A DNA stretch of 64,000 bases from Polyangia bacterium (GTDB lineage Bacteria; Myxococcota_A; Polyangia; JAAYKL01). Under the pieces are notes generated by a model, which was not told where the DNA came from, did no database searches, and saw only the letters and a list, made by a program, of their open reading frames with translations. A program made the position numbers and the translations under genes. Position 1 is the stretch's first letter; each line of letters starts with the position of its first letter. Where the stretch lies: the NCBI GenBank assembly GCA_050287845.1, contig JBNKCR010000030.1, forward strand, positions 1-64,000, read 5' to 3'. Below are positions 1-9,326 of this stretch, one piece after another.

Positions 1-1
1 T

Positions 2-412
2 CCCGATGCAAAATCGATAGAGGCATTTCTGGTGTCCATCCGTCTGGAGTTTTCAAGACTGCCGCATCTGGAACACCTGAGCGAAGGCGCGTATCAGACA
101 TATCTGCGTCGCGAAGTGAAACACCAGGAGCAGACGTTCGAAGCCGCGCGGAACACCGCCGGGTGCCAGGTTCTGGGCAAAGAAAGACTGACAAGAACCG
201 ACCCGCGTCAGAGACCGGCCAATCCAAAGCCGAACAGCGCCAAACCCTTGTGTCATTGCGCGTGCAATAAACGACGCGAAGAATACAAAGAAGCAATGAA
301 GAAGTTTTGCAACCGGTACATTGAAGCATCCGTCGCGTATCGGGGAGGTGCGCACAAAACCGAATTCCCATACGGCAGTATCCGGCCGTCAATTCCGGGT
401 ATCTCGGTGTAG
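2..412 (+). mobile_element. C-terminal part of a probable REP-associated tyrosine (Y1/RAYT-like) transposase, truncated by the window edge
   Basis: Frame is open from position 2. The C-terminus (KKFCNRYIEASVAYRGGAHKTEFPYGS) resembles the F..Y..A...R.G...FP.G tail of deltaproteobacterial RAYT-like proteins. The HUH motif is not in the window. Confidence 0.55.
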
Positions 413-630
413 CAGCAGGTATCGATAAAAAAGTCGGCAAATGGCGTAGCATGCATAGCAGCGCTGGTTACGTGCGTCTGGACTGCATGATTTCCCGACG
501 AGCAACTCAATTAAAGGCAGCGTGACCACAAATCGCCCGGAACGAACCTGGCACATTCCGTCTGAACCCAGAATAAAATATCAAATCAACCGCAGATTCA
601 TCGCGCATATCCAAACTTCGTACAACGGAG

Positions 631-692
631 CAATAATCACTCTGAGCCAATTTTCGTGGGCCAATAATCACTCTGAGCCAATTTTCGTGGGC
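631..692. repeat. Perfect 31-bp tandem duplication (caataatcactctgagccaattttcgtgggc x2)
   Basis: Copies read directly at 631-661 and 662-692. Confidence 0.95.
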
Positions 693-988
693 TGGACTGC
701 CTCAAAGTCATGGGGCTCCAGCCATGCCAGCAGTCTGATGAACATTTTGAACATGGGTTCACAGCCCATGGGGTCGCACAGCTGGTCCAGCAGATGGCAG
801 ATGGTGTTGGAATCAGTGCACCCGGTTTCGATAATCCGTTTGACCTGAGGCTGGAGTTCTCTGGCAGCTTCCCAGTTCAACCGGATGATGTGCTCTACAA
901 TACCGGAAACGTTTTCGAGCAGTTTTTTGTAGGCATCTTCGGATATTTCCAGATCGTCACTATTGTCGTTGTTCTGTGGGTCGGACAT
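668..988 (-). CDS. Hypothetical helical protein, C-terminus possibly altered by the duplication
   Basis: ATG at 988 (MSDPQNN...). The stop lies inside the tandem duplication. Confidence 0.55.
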   Translation of the reverse strand: MSDPQNNDNSDDLEISEDAYKKLLENVSGIVEHIIRLNWEAARELQPQVKRIIETGCTDSNTICHLLDQLCDPMGCEPMFKMFIRLLAWLEPHDFEAVQPTKIGSE

Positions 989-1177
989 GGGCGCACTGTA
1001 ACAGATTGTCTGGCGGGAGTCAGTGACATTTCTGATGTCAGGCATCGTCCGGGAACAACGGACGAAAGGGGAAAGGCGATAATGCATGGCCGGTCCCTGC
1101 TGCGTTGCAAGCAGAACCTGACGAATTTCAAATACTTCTCAAATCGCTTTTCGGGCGAGTGATCAACGAGTTTTGCA

Positions 1178-3520
1178 TCAATCGTTTCGAACGCAACGTC
1201 CGCCGATAGCGGACGAGGAAGTTGCAGGCGATTCCTTTTCCCGGGCGGCGGTGCGAAATGCGCTGGCATACATACTGTTGAAGCTTCCGCCGCGAATCAC
1301 CCGTTCATCGCCCGAAGCTGGACCTTTGGGGTTAACACATGTTTCGGATGTGTCGGTGCAGCCTCCCAGTGCATCGGAATACCAATCCAATGTCCATTCT
1401 GCCACATTTCCGGCCATATCGAACAGCCCATCGGAATCGGGCTGCAGACTGCGAACCGCAAAAACGCGGGACGTGCCGCATCCTGGTCCGCCTTCATTCA
1501 TGATGACACTCTCGCACCCCGGTGTGGGAGAATTCCCCCATGGATATACCCAGTATGCGGATGCCACGCCGTCATGGGAACCCCGGAACGCGCGCTCCCA
1601 TTGCGCTTCAGTTGGCAGTTCCCCATCGATATAGTGACAGAATTCCTGCAGGCCCTGCCAGTTGATGCAATTGACAGGCAATTCATTATCCGAAGATGCA
1701 TTGTACGTGCATCCGGTGGTTGTTGTGACATTTGAAGGATTGCAGCCACCGTTGCCAACGCATTCTGCGTACATGCCGGCAGTTACTTCGCTGTCCATGA
1801 TGTAAAAGCTGTCCAGACTGACGTTGTGACGCTCTTCATCAAAGTCGCAATTCGCATCGAGGTTCCAGTCACATCCCAATGTGGTTTCTCCGCCCTCAAT
1901 GAACAGCCACGCCATTTTGTCCATCGATGCCGGAACGCACTCATTGAATTCATTGCATTCCGTACCAACGCCACATTCGCCGCAATCAATCCCCGACGCC
2001 ATGCCGCATTCTGCATCGGAACAAACATCCACACACTCCCCAAGGGAGTTGCAGCCGAATGTACTTCCGAATGCCTGGCAATCACCGCAGTTGACGCCCT
2101 CGCTGATACCACATTCCATCGAACCGCATGCTTCCACACAGGTGCCGGATTCAGCGCATCCGAATGTCGTCCCGTATGCAATGCAATCGCCGCAATCGAT
2201 GCCCGAAGACGTTCCGCATTCGCGATTTTCGCACGCATCCACACAGATAAAATCCGCTCCACATATCCAGCTGGCGCCTCTATCGGCGCAGTCGCCACAA
2301 TCAACACCCAGCACCATGCCGCATTCAACATCCACACAGGCATCCACGCAGGTATTGTTATCACAGGCAAAGGTGTCTCCCCCTGAACATCCGCCGCAAT
2401 CCACGCCGAATGACGTACCGCATTCAATGGCAGGCGGACAGGCTTCCTCACAAACATTCGATGCATTGCAGTAGTCGGTTCCCGCACAACCACCGCAATT
2501 GAATCCATCCACCTGTCCACATTCCCGGTTCAAACACGGAAACGCCACCAGTTGCGGTGCGCAGCCAACGATATCGAATCCGGTTGCATCGTAGCTGGTT
2601 TTCAATGCCCCCTTCTGGCCGTTTCTCCGGATGTCGATTTCCAGCTGGCGCATCCCCCCAACTCGTGGACTGCAGATGCCAAGCAGATAGTACGAATGTG
2701 CATAACTCTCAATCAGGGCGCCAATTTTCATAAAGGCAGTGCGAAGCGTGTCGGTGTTCTCCGCCCATTGAAACCCATCTCTACCAAAATGTTCCAGTTC
2801 CTCACGGTTCACGTCTCCACCCAACCCCACAGTAAACACGTGCACATCTGTACTGTTAATCACATTCTGTGCTGCTGAAGCAGTTCCCACCATTGCTTCA
2901 TCGGTCCCATCCGTAAACAGCACCAGTGAATCTGCAGAAAGCAGGTCCGCAGTTTTATGATTTTCCAGTACTCGAACTGCTTTGGGGACAGTGCCATACA
3001 AATCAGTGGTGCCAAGGCCGGTGCTTTGTGCAACCGTATCCAGCGCCGCATTCAACAGGGCGCCATCGCTGGTAAATTCAATCACTGGCCCAAAGTACTG
3101 TGGACCGGCAAATCGATAAATGGCCACATTATGTCCCTGATTCACCAGCGTGGCAATGAGGGTTCGCGCAGCTGCAATCATTCCCTGAAGCGTACCGTTG
3201 TCCACAATGGAGTTGGATAAATCGAGCAGTACAAGTGTGTTCAACTCAAATTCCACGCTCTGATTCAACACCACCGAGACATTGCCTTCAGACTGAATCT
3301 CCTTGTTGTCCAATTTTACCGATACATGGCGATTTGCCAAATCCGTTACCGGGTTTCCATCGCAATCAAATACCTGAAACAGCGTACGCACACCGGCGGG
3401 AGTGACCTCTGAGGTCATCAGTTCTGTTACCTGCATGCAATTGTTCTCATTGGCGGGTCCACACCCGATGACTGCAATCCAGACCAAAATCAGCACTATT
3501 GCGTGGCGGTTTATTTTCAT
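1178..3520 (-). CDS. Lipoprotein with VWA domain, Cys-rich tandem repeats and C-terminal FGE-sulfatase (SUMF1/EgtB-like) domain
   Basis: Lipobox VIGC; MIDAS-like DLSNS and FTDG; about 7 ECG...G.DCG.C repeats; LPTEAQWE, DMAGNVAEW, RVIRGGSF; AGGAG RBS. Confidence 0.85.
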   Translation of the reverse strand: MKINRHAIVLILVWIAVIGCGPANENNCMQVTELMTSEVTPAGVRTLFQVFDCDGNPVTDLANRHVSVKLDNKEIQSEGNVSVVLNQSVEFELNTLVLLDLSNSIVDNGTLQGMIAAARTLIATLVNQGHNVAIYRFAGPQYFGPVIEFTSDGALLNAALDTVAQSTGLGTTDLYGTVPKAVRVLENHKTADLLSADSLVLFTDGTDEAMVGTASAAQNVINSTDVHVFTVGLGGDVNREELEHFGRDGFQWAENTDTLRTAFMKIGALIESYAHSYYLLGICSPRVGGMRQLEIDIRRNGQKGALKTSYDATGFDIVGCAPQLVAFPCLNRECGQVDGFNCGGCAGTDYCNASNVCEEACPPAIECGTSFGVDCGGCSGGDTFACDNNTCVDACVDVECGMVLGVDCGDCADRGASWICGADFICVDACENRECGTSSGIDCGDCIAYGTTFGCAESGTCVEACGSMECGISEGVNCGDCQAFGSTFGCNSLGECVDVCSDAECGMASGIDCGECGVGTECNEFNECVPASMDKMAWLFIEGGETTLGCDWNLDANCDFDEERHNVSLDSFYIMDSEVTAGMYAECVGNGGCNPSNVTTTTGCTYNASSDNELPVNCINWQGLQEFCHYIDGELPTEAQWERAFRGSHDGVASAYWVYPWGNSPTPGCESVIMNEGGPGCGTSRVFAVRSLQPDSDGLFDMAGNVAEWTLDWYSDALGGCTDTSETCVNPKGPASGDERVIRGGSFNSMYASAFRTAAREKESPATSSSAIGGRCVRND

Positions 3521-3553
3521 AGGCATCTCCTGCTTCGTTGGCGATTTCATTAT

Positions 3554-5200
3554 TTAATTGAAACGAGTCATGTAGCGGTTCAGCAGCGCTGAAATTTCTT
3601 TAAGTTCCGGATCGTCTCCCAGGTCGGTCGCGGCGGAATCCACCTCCGCCAACGTGGCGGTAATAATCTGACGAATCGCTTCGTAGTTGGATTTCGAAAA
3701 TGTGAGAGGCTGAATTTCTTCGAGTGCAAGCGCATAAGAGATAATCGCATCTCCCTTCCTCATCTGGGTGGTTGTGGTGTTCTGCAGCTGTGCCAGCGTA
3801 AATATTCCTGTTGCTGAATCAGGCTTTCTCGTTTTGGGATCCCGAAACGTCGCGGTCACCGTGAACTGTTCATCACCGGTGTTCGGCAACTCGCCACACG
3901 TGTTCACCAACTGATGAAAAATCATGGCATCGTTGTATGCCAGATGCTGGGGGTCCACTTCTGCTTTGTTGGTGGAAATCTCTTCCCCATGAAATTCCTG
4001 AATATAAAATCCAGGGGGCATGGTCACTGCCACCTGCACGTCTCTTGCCGCAATTTCCATATTGGCAAGGAACCGGGTCTCATCGGCGAACATCCGGTCT
4101 GCCTCTTCGGGCGAATCAATATAGATATAAGCGCCTTTCCCCGCATCGGTCACCGCATCCATCAGTGTATCGTCGTAACCGTTTCCGGTGCCCACGCCGG
4201 TGAGCAGAATGCCCTCATTGACAGAATCTTCGGACATCCCGGCAATCAGGTCCAGCTCTAAAGTCCCGGCATTGGCCTGGCCATCACTGATCAACACCAC
4301 CCGGTTGATTCGATTTTCATTGAAATTGTCACTGGCCAACTGATATGCACGCTGCAGCCCGCCATATAAATTCGTACTGCCTCCTGCCTGAAGCCCTTCA
4401 ATGGCCTGAACCAGTGTACTGTCGTTCGCGGATTCCACCGCATGGGATTCCAGAATCACTTTGGGGGAGTCGTCCCATTTCACGATAGACACCACGTCTC
4501 CATCCCGAAGATTTGCCGCGATACCTTTGCATACCTGCCGCAGTCGGTCAATCGGGCCCCCTCCCATGGAGCCCGACGTATCCACACTGAGAACGATGTT
4601 CATCGACCTTCGCTCCAGGTTCGTGAGGGAAGGAGACTGCACGGCAATCTGCATGGAATACCCGCCGTCTTCCGTTTCCCTGGCCGTTCGCATGTCCGCG
4701 AAGACTTTCAGGGTTCCGGCGTCGGCCGGTTGGTAGTTGAAGCTGTAGTAGTTCAGAAATTCCCAGGGACGTATTTTCGTGGTCACCCAGTTTCCGGAAA
4801 GGATCTGGCTGCGGGCGATAATCGGAGATGCCATGGAGTTGGAGTCGTCTGCGGAAAGATAATAAGTGACCTGCTCCGTCGGTGAACAGACCGCCTCCGT
4901 GTCATCCGTGTCTGCTGTATCCGAAGTGGCGGTATCGCTGGACGTATCCAGAGAACTGTCCATGACTGTGTCCGTATCCGGAGGCGCCACATTGCTGTCA
5001 GTGTCAGAGGGTACATTGTCCGCGTCGGCGTCACCGTCAGAATCAGAGTCCGAGTCAGAATCCGCATCCGAATTGCCGGTGAGTGCTCCGGACGAGTTCT
5101 CCATTGCATCCGAGCCGCAACCCACCGCCCAGATGACGCCACTCAAGAGAAGGCTGACAAGTAATAAGCACCGTATAGGATAAAAGTGTTTCTGTTTCAT
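3554..5200 (-). CDS. VWA-domain (YfbK-like) lipoprotein with Asp/Ser/Thr linker
   Basis: Lipobox AVGC; DTSGSM, GGSTN, LISDG motifs; AGGAG RBS. Confidence 0.88.
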   Translation of the reverse strand: MKQKHFYPIRCLLLVSLLLSGVIWAVGCGSDAMENSSGALTGNSDADSDSDSDSDGDADADNVPSDTDSNVAPPDTDTVMDSSLDTSSDTATSDTADTDDTEAVCSPTEQVTYYLSADDSNSMASPIIARSQILSGNWVTTKIRPWEFLNYYSFNYQPADAGTLKVFADMRTARETEDGGYSMQIAVQSPSLTNLERRSMNIVLSVDTSGSMGGGPIDRLRQVCKGIAANLRDGDVVSIVKWDDSPKVILESHAVESANDSTLVQAIEGLQAGGSTNLYGGLQRAYQLASDNFNENRINRVVLISDGQANAGTLELDLIAGMSEDSVNEGILLTGVGTGNGYDDTLMDAVTDAGKGAYIYIDSPEEADRMFADETRFLANMEIAARDVQVAVTMPPGFYIQEFHGEEISTNKAEVDPQHLAYNDAMIFHQLVNTCGELPNTGDEQFTVTATFRDPKTRKPDSATGIFTLAQLQNTTTTQMRKGDAIISYALALEEIQPLTFSKSNYEAIRQIITATLAEVDSAATDLGDDPELKEISALLNRYMTRFN

Positions 5201-5723
5201 AACTTCTCCTTGCTTGCACAACGAACCAATGCTGAAAAATAGATGAAATTAACGATAATATCGCTACACAGCAAAAAATATGCCGAGTAAATTTTACCCC
5301 GTAAAAAAACTCGGACTGTCCCATTGGTTTACATTGTAATATGCCGAAATCATGAACTGAAACTGGCATCGTCGAGAGTCGGATACAGCTGATGTGTTCG
5401 CAATCGGTTATGCCCGCTGCAAATAAATCCCGGACAATTCTGTCAGTCCATCAAGGACAATATCGAATTCCGATAAATAATGAAATTCCTGTGTATGGTG
5501 ACATTTTTGATGCTGGACATCGTCCGGGAGATGGGAGTTGCGAAATTCCTGGACATGAAGATTTGGTCGCGATAGGATGACCGGGTTCTGAGCGGTGCTT
5601 TTCAGCCGCAAAAATCAACAAAATGTATTCAGTTGTCGGAGAAAAAGCAAAAGTCCACCCGGTTGGACCTTTCATTCGTGTAGAGAGTTTGACCACACTT
5701 GAATACACCCAAATCAGTTTCAC

Positions 5724-6908
5724 TCACCTGTGCTGAAAGTATTCCCGCAATATCTGAGCGGCGGTCCAGGAGGATTTGATTCGCCATTTGGGTTCATTGA
5801 CGATGAGCACGGCAATGGCGACTTCCGGATTGTCCGCAGGGGCCATTCCCACAAACCAGCTGTATGCCCGGAATGGTTTTTCCCCGTTAAGGGTACCGGT
5901 CTTTCCCGCCACATCCACACCGGGAACAATGGGTTTTCCGTGGCTGTCCTTGAAAGCCCGGCGCGCCGTACCCTTGTCAACGGTTATCTTCATGGCTTCT
6001 TTCAGTAGCCTTGCGGTTTCTTTTTCCACGGTGCGGCCAATATATTTGGGAGAACTCGCATATATCACGTTGCCGGACTCATCTTCCACGTGATCCACAA
6101 TATACGGCCGGAGCATGGCGCCATCCTGAGCAATGGACTGGGCAATGACCGCCCCATGCAACGCGGAAAGGTGTGAGTGCCAGAAGCCGGCCGAGGCCCG
6201 GGCTTTTTCCAGTCTATCCCGGGGAATGTCAATTGCCGATGGCGCAACACTGATGTCGAACGGAACCGGTTTGCCAAATCCGAAACGTTCCGCGTACTGG
6301 CGCATGACGCTTCGATCCAGCAGCCGATCGGACCACTTGGCAAACACCGCATTGATTGAAAAACCAAGGGCGGTCTGCATACTGCGACAGGCGATATCGA
6401 GGGTTGCGGAGTCCTGCAGATTTTCCATGTATAACCCCCCGCCACCGCCGTGATAGCAGATTTCGCTGGTGAGTTGCAGGTCTGTCTGTTCGAGCAACGC
6501 CGACGCGGTCACAATCTTGAACACCGAAGCGGCCGGCGGTGATGAGTCCAACGCCACATTCCGGTTTTCGGCCGCATATGATTTGCCATACCGCTGCGCG
6601 AATGTGAGTACCCTTCCGGTTTTGGAATTGAGCAATACGGCCGCGCCGGCAGGAACCTCATACTTGTCGAGCAAATTCTGGGCAAACCGCTGTAATTTCA
6701 CATCCGGTGTGAATACCACCTTTCGCCCGTCTTCCGTTTGCTGCACATAGTGGCCATCAGCCAGATGCATTCTTTCCACGGCCACCCCTTCAAGGGGGTT
6801 CCCTTCGTAAACCGACTCCGTTGTATCCGCGACAGAGAAAACAGACAGACAGACGATGGACAGACAAATAATTGTGGGAATGACGATGTACTTCAAATGA
6901 ACCTTCAT
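5724..6908 (-). CDS. Penicillin-binding transpeptidase-domain protein
   Basis: SxxK (SVFK), SxN (SIN) and KTG motifs; GAGGAG RBS. Confidence 0.9.
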   Translation of the reverse strand: MKVHLKYIVIPTIICLSIVCLSVFSVADTTESVYEGNPLEGVAVERMHLADGHYVQQTEDGRKVVFTPDVKLQRFAQNLLDKYEVPAGAAVLLNSKTGRVLTFAQRYGKSYAAENRNVALDSSPPAASVFKIVTASALLEQTDLQLTSEICYHGGGGGLYMENLQDSATLDIACRSMQTALGFSINAVFAKWSDRLLDRSVMRQYAERFGFGKPVPFDISVAPSAIDIPRDRLEKARASAGFWHSHLSALHGAVIAQSIAQDGAMLRPYIVDHVEDESGNVIYASSPKYIGRTVEKETARLLKEAMKITVDKGTARRAFKDSHGKPIVPGVDVAGKTGTLNGEKPFRAYSWFVGMAPADNPEVAIAVLIVNEPKWRIKSSWTAAQILREYFQHR

Positions 6909-6985
6909 ATTGTCTCCTCGGTCAACCAAAGTAGCAAAGTTGCCGATGAAAAATCAAAAAAATGACGAGTTCACTGGAATTCAGA

Positions 6986-7765
6986 TTACTGGCAGACAAT
7001 TCGTGTGCCTTCGCAGGCGGGTATTCCCCCCGCCGAACAGGCGCCCCAGTATCCATTGCACATGGTGATGGTGTTGCAATCTATCTGGGGAGGCCAACAT
7101 CCACCGGCGTATCCATTGTCATTCTCGTCGCAGAATACGGGCTGATCCGGATTGCAGCAGACGGGCATCTGACTCAGAGTCCAGTAGACTTCCGCTTCCT
7201 CGGGACATGGATAGCAAATCATGTTCCCCGTTGGATCGCAAAACGGCAGCCTGTCCGTCAGACACCCACGCCAGACATCGCCACAAAAGGTAATGGAATC
7301 GCAGTTCACACCTTCACTCCAGCAACTGCCGGTGTAGCCGTCTTCATTCTCATCGCAGAACACCGGTTTGCTCTCGCTGCAGCAAACCACTTTTCCACTC
7401 GAACTGGTGTGCATCTGCGTTCCTTCCGGACAATAATAGAGGGTATCCGTGGACACGGTGGAATCGCTTCCGGTGTCGTTTGCCACATTCGTATCGCTGT
7501 CCGTGGCACTACCCGATGTTCCAGTGTCGAGCGCTTCGGAATGGGTCTCCGTCCCCGAAAAGTCATCCGTTCCGGTTTCGGACTGACCTGCCGATTCTGA
7601 CGAGGTATCCGATACCCCGACACCGCTGTCCGTATCAACCGTGTCCCCGTGTGCATCCGTTGATTGCCGCCCGTCGGAATCAGTGGCTACCGGAACGGAG
7701 TCACCGTCCGGGTCATCACACGAAATCAACAGCGCCATCAGACCAAATATAATCAATCGTTTCAT
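6986..7765 (-). CDS. Cys-rich lipoprotein with two internal ~70-aa repeats
   Basis: Lipobox LISC; D/S/T linker; duplicated VCC....PVFCDEN..GY.G.CW unit. Confidence 0.8.
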   Translation of the reverse strand: MKRLIIFGLMALLISCDDPDGDSVPVATDSDGRQSTDAHGDTVDTDSGVGVSDTSSESAGQSETGTDDFSGTETHSEALDTGTSGSATDSDTNVANDTGSDSTVSTDTLYYCPEGTQMHTSSSGKVVCCSESKPVFCDENEDGYTGSCWSEGVNCDSITFCGDVWRGCLTDRLPFCDPTGNMICYPCPEEAEVYWTLSQMPVCCNPDQPVFCDENDNGYAGGCWPPQIDCNTITMCNGYWGACSAGGIPACEGTRIVCQ

Positions 7766-7911
7766 CAAATCCCTCTACTTTCGTTCTCCAGGGTACATGG
7801 ATGAACCTCACCACGAAACCCACGGACAGGCAACAATATATCGTCATGCAAAATAGTTAAGACAACCGGTTTCCTTTTTTAATGACCAACGGGCAATCGT
7901 AAAGTCAACGC

Positions 7912-9060
7912 TTACTCCATGCCATCCACGGACTCAATCTGAGCGGGATCGCACAGCGTCCGGATGGCCGCCCAATCCGACGGAAAGGGCGTCACAACCG
8001 GCTTCCCGTCTGCCGCTATCTGCGCTTCAATGTCTTTCATGCGTTCGGCAGAACCGGGATGGGTGGAAACAATGGTGAGCACTGAGCCCACCGCCCCTTC
8101 TTTTTCTTCCAGTTTTTTCATGAATGTTAAAAAACCTTTGGGGTCAATCTTCGCCCGGTATGACAGTTCAACAGCACCGCGATCGGCCTCCGATTCCTGG
8201 TTGCGGCTGAACTGCATGGCCGCCAGTTGCGCCATGTTGTCCAACAGAAATCCCTGCACGGCCTCCGTGTCACCCACCAGCGCCATCAACACCAATCGCA
8301 ATCCAAGGTTCGCCACCACGTTTTTCATTCCGTGGCGAAGTCGCACATGCTGGAATTCATGGGCCAGCACACCGGCCACTTCTTCTGCGGAGTCCGCCGC
8401 TTCAATCAGACCCCGGTTAATGAATACATAGCCGCCGGGCAACGCGAACGCATTCACTTCCGGCACATCAATCACCTTTATCTGCCAACTGTACGGGGTT
8501 TTGCCCATACCCATCACCAGCCGCCGACCGATTTCGGAAATGGCCCGGTTCAGTTCGGGATTGGTGCAGGTTTTATTGGCCGCCAGAATTTTTTCTGCTT
8601 CGCTCTGGCCCAGCTGCTTCTCCCACTCCACCGGAATATGTGCCGCTGCCATGGATGCCACCGGTTTAATGGCCAGATACATACCCAGCAGCCCCAGCCC
8701 GATTACCGCCAGAAAACCGGAAAGAAACGCTTGTCTGCCCACCCGCCGCCTTTTTTGCAATGAACTGACGGCATCCAGCTGCAGCAACAGCTGCATGGGC
8801 GCGCCGATATGGCGGATTTTATCCACAATGGTTCTGTTTCCGGTAAGCACCTGCAGATTATCGCCCGTCGCCGTACTCTCAAATTTCAAATATCGATCAT
8901 CGGTGCCCGTCGCGGAAACCTTTGCTGCGGCCCATAGAATTTTGCCAACGGGAATCCCATCCTGCGACAACTCCAGACCACTGGCGGTCACCCCTATCTG
9001 ACAGGATTCACCGTTGTACCCGTTGCCGTAAATCATTCCCCCGAACTGGTTCGTTTCCAT
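7912..9060 (-). CDS. M48-family metallopeptidase
   Basis: NAFALPGG, HEFQH, SRNQESEAD, STHP motifs; TM segment; AAGGAG RBS. Confidence 0.92.
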   Translation of the reverse strand: METNQFGGMIYGNGYNGESCQIGVTASGLELSQDGIPVGKILWAAAKVSATGTDDRYLKFESTATGDNLQVLTGNRTIVDKIRHIGAPMQLLLQLDAVSSLQKRRRVGRQAFLSGFLAVIGLGLLGMYLAIKPVASMAAAHIPVEWEKQLGQSEAEKILAANKTCTNPELNRAISEIGRRLVMGMGKTPYSWQIKVIDVPEVNAFALPGGYVFINRGLIEAADSAEEVAGVLAHEFQHVRLRHGMKNVVANLGLRLVLMALVGDTEAVQGFLLDNMAQLAAMQFSRNQESEADRGAVELSYRAKIDPKGFLTFMKKLEEKEGAVGSVLTIVSTHPGSAERMKDIEAQIAADGKPVVTPFPSDWAAIRTLCDPAQIESVDGME

Positions 9061-9326
9061 TTTAAACACTCCTTGCGCTCTCCTTACGCTGAACCGAATA
9101 TAACCATACCATTCGAATCTGCGGTGTTCCCCATAAAAACCCCGGAACTTTTCACAGGCCCGCGATGTCATAAAAAAGCAGAAGCGGCGATATATCCGCT
9201 TTGGCAAGGTCGACCCGTTGCAACGGACAGACAGAAACACTGTGTGTCCAATTCATGAAACAGAAGCTGGAGAATCCGGTTCCCAATGGCGCCGCCGGAC
9301 TCCCCTGACGAATGGAGGGAAGAGCC

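Noticed and set aside
1024..1040. Palindrome tgacat-ttctg-atgtca as a REP element
   Set aside because: Single short copy; no repeat family seen in the window.
1178..1900. FGE domain as a diversity-generating retroelement target
   Set aside because: No reverse transcriptase or template repeat seen in the window.
5221..5723. Short ORFs between the VWA and PBP genes
   Set aside because: No motifs or convincing RBS; treated as intergenic.
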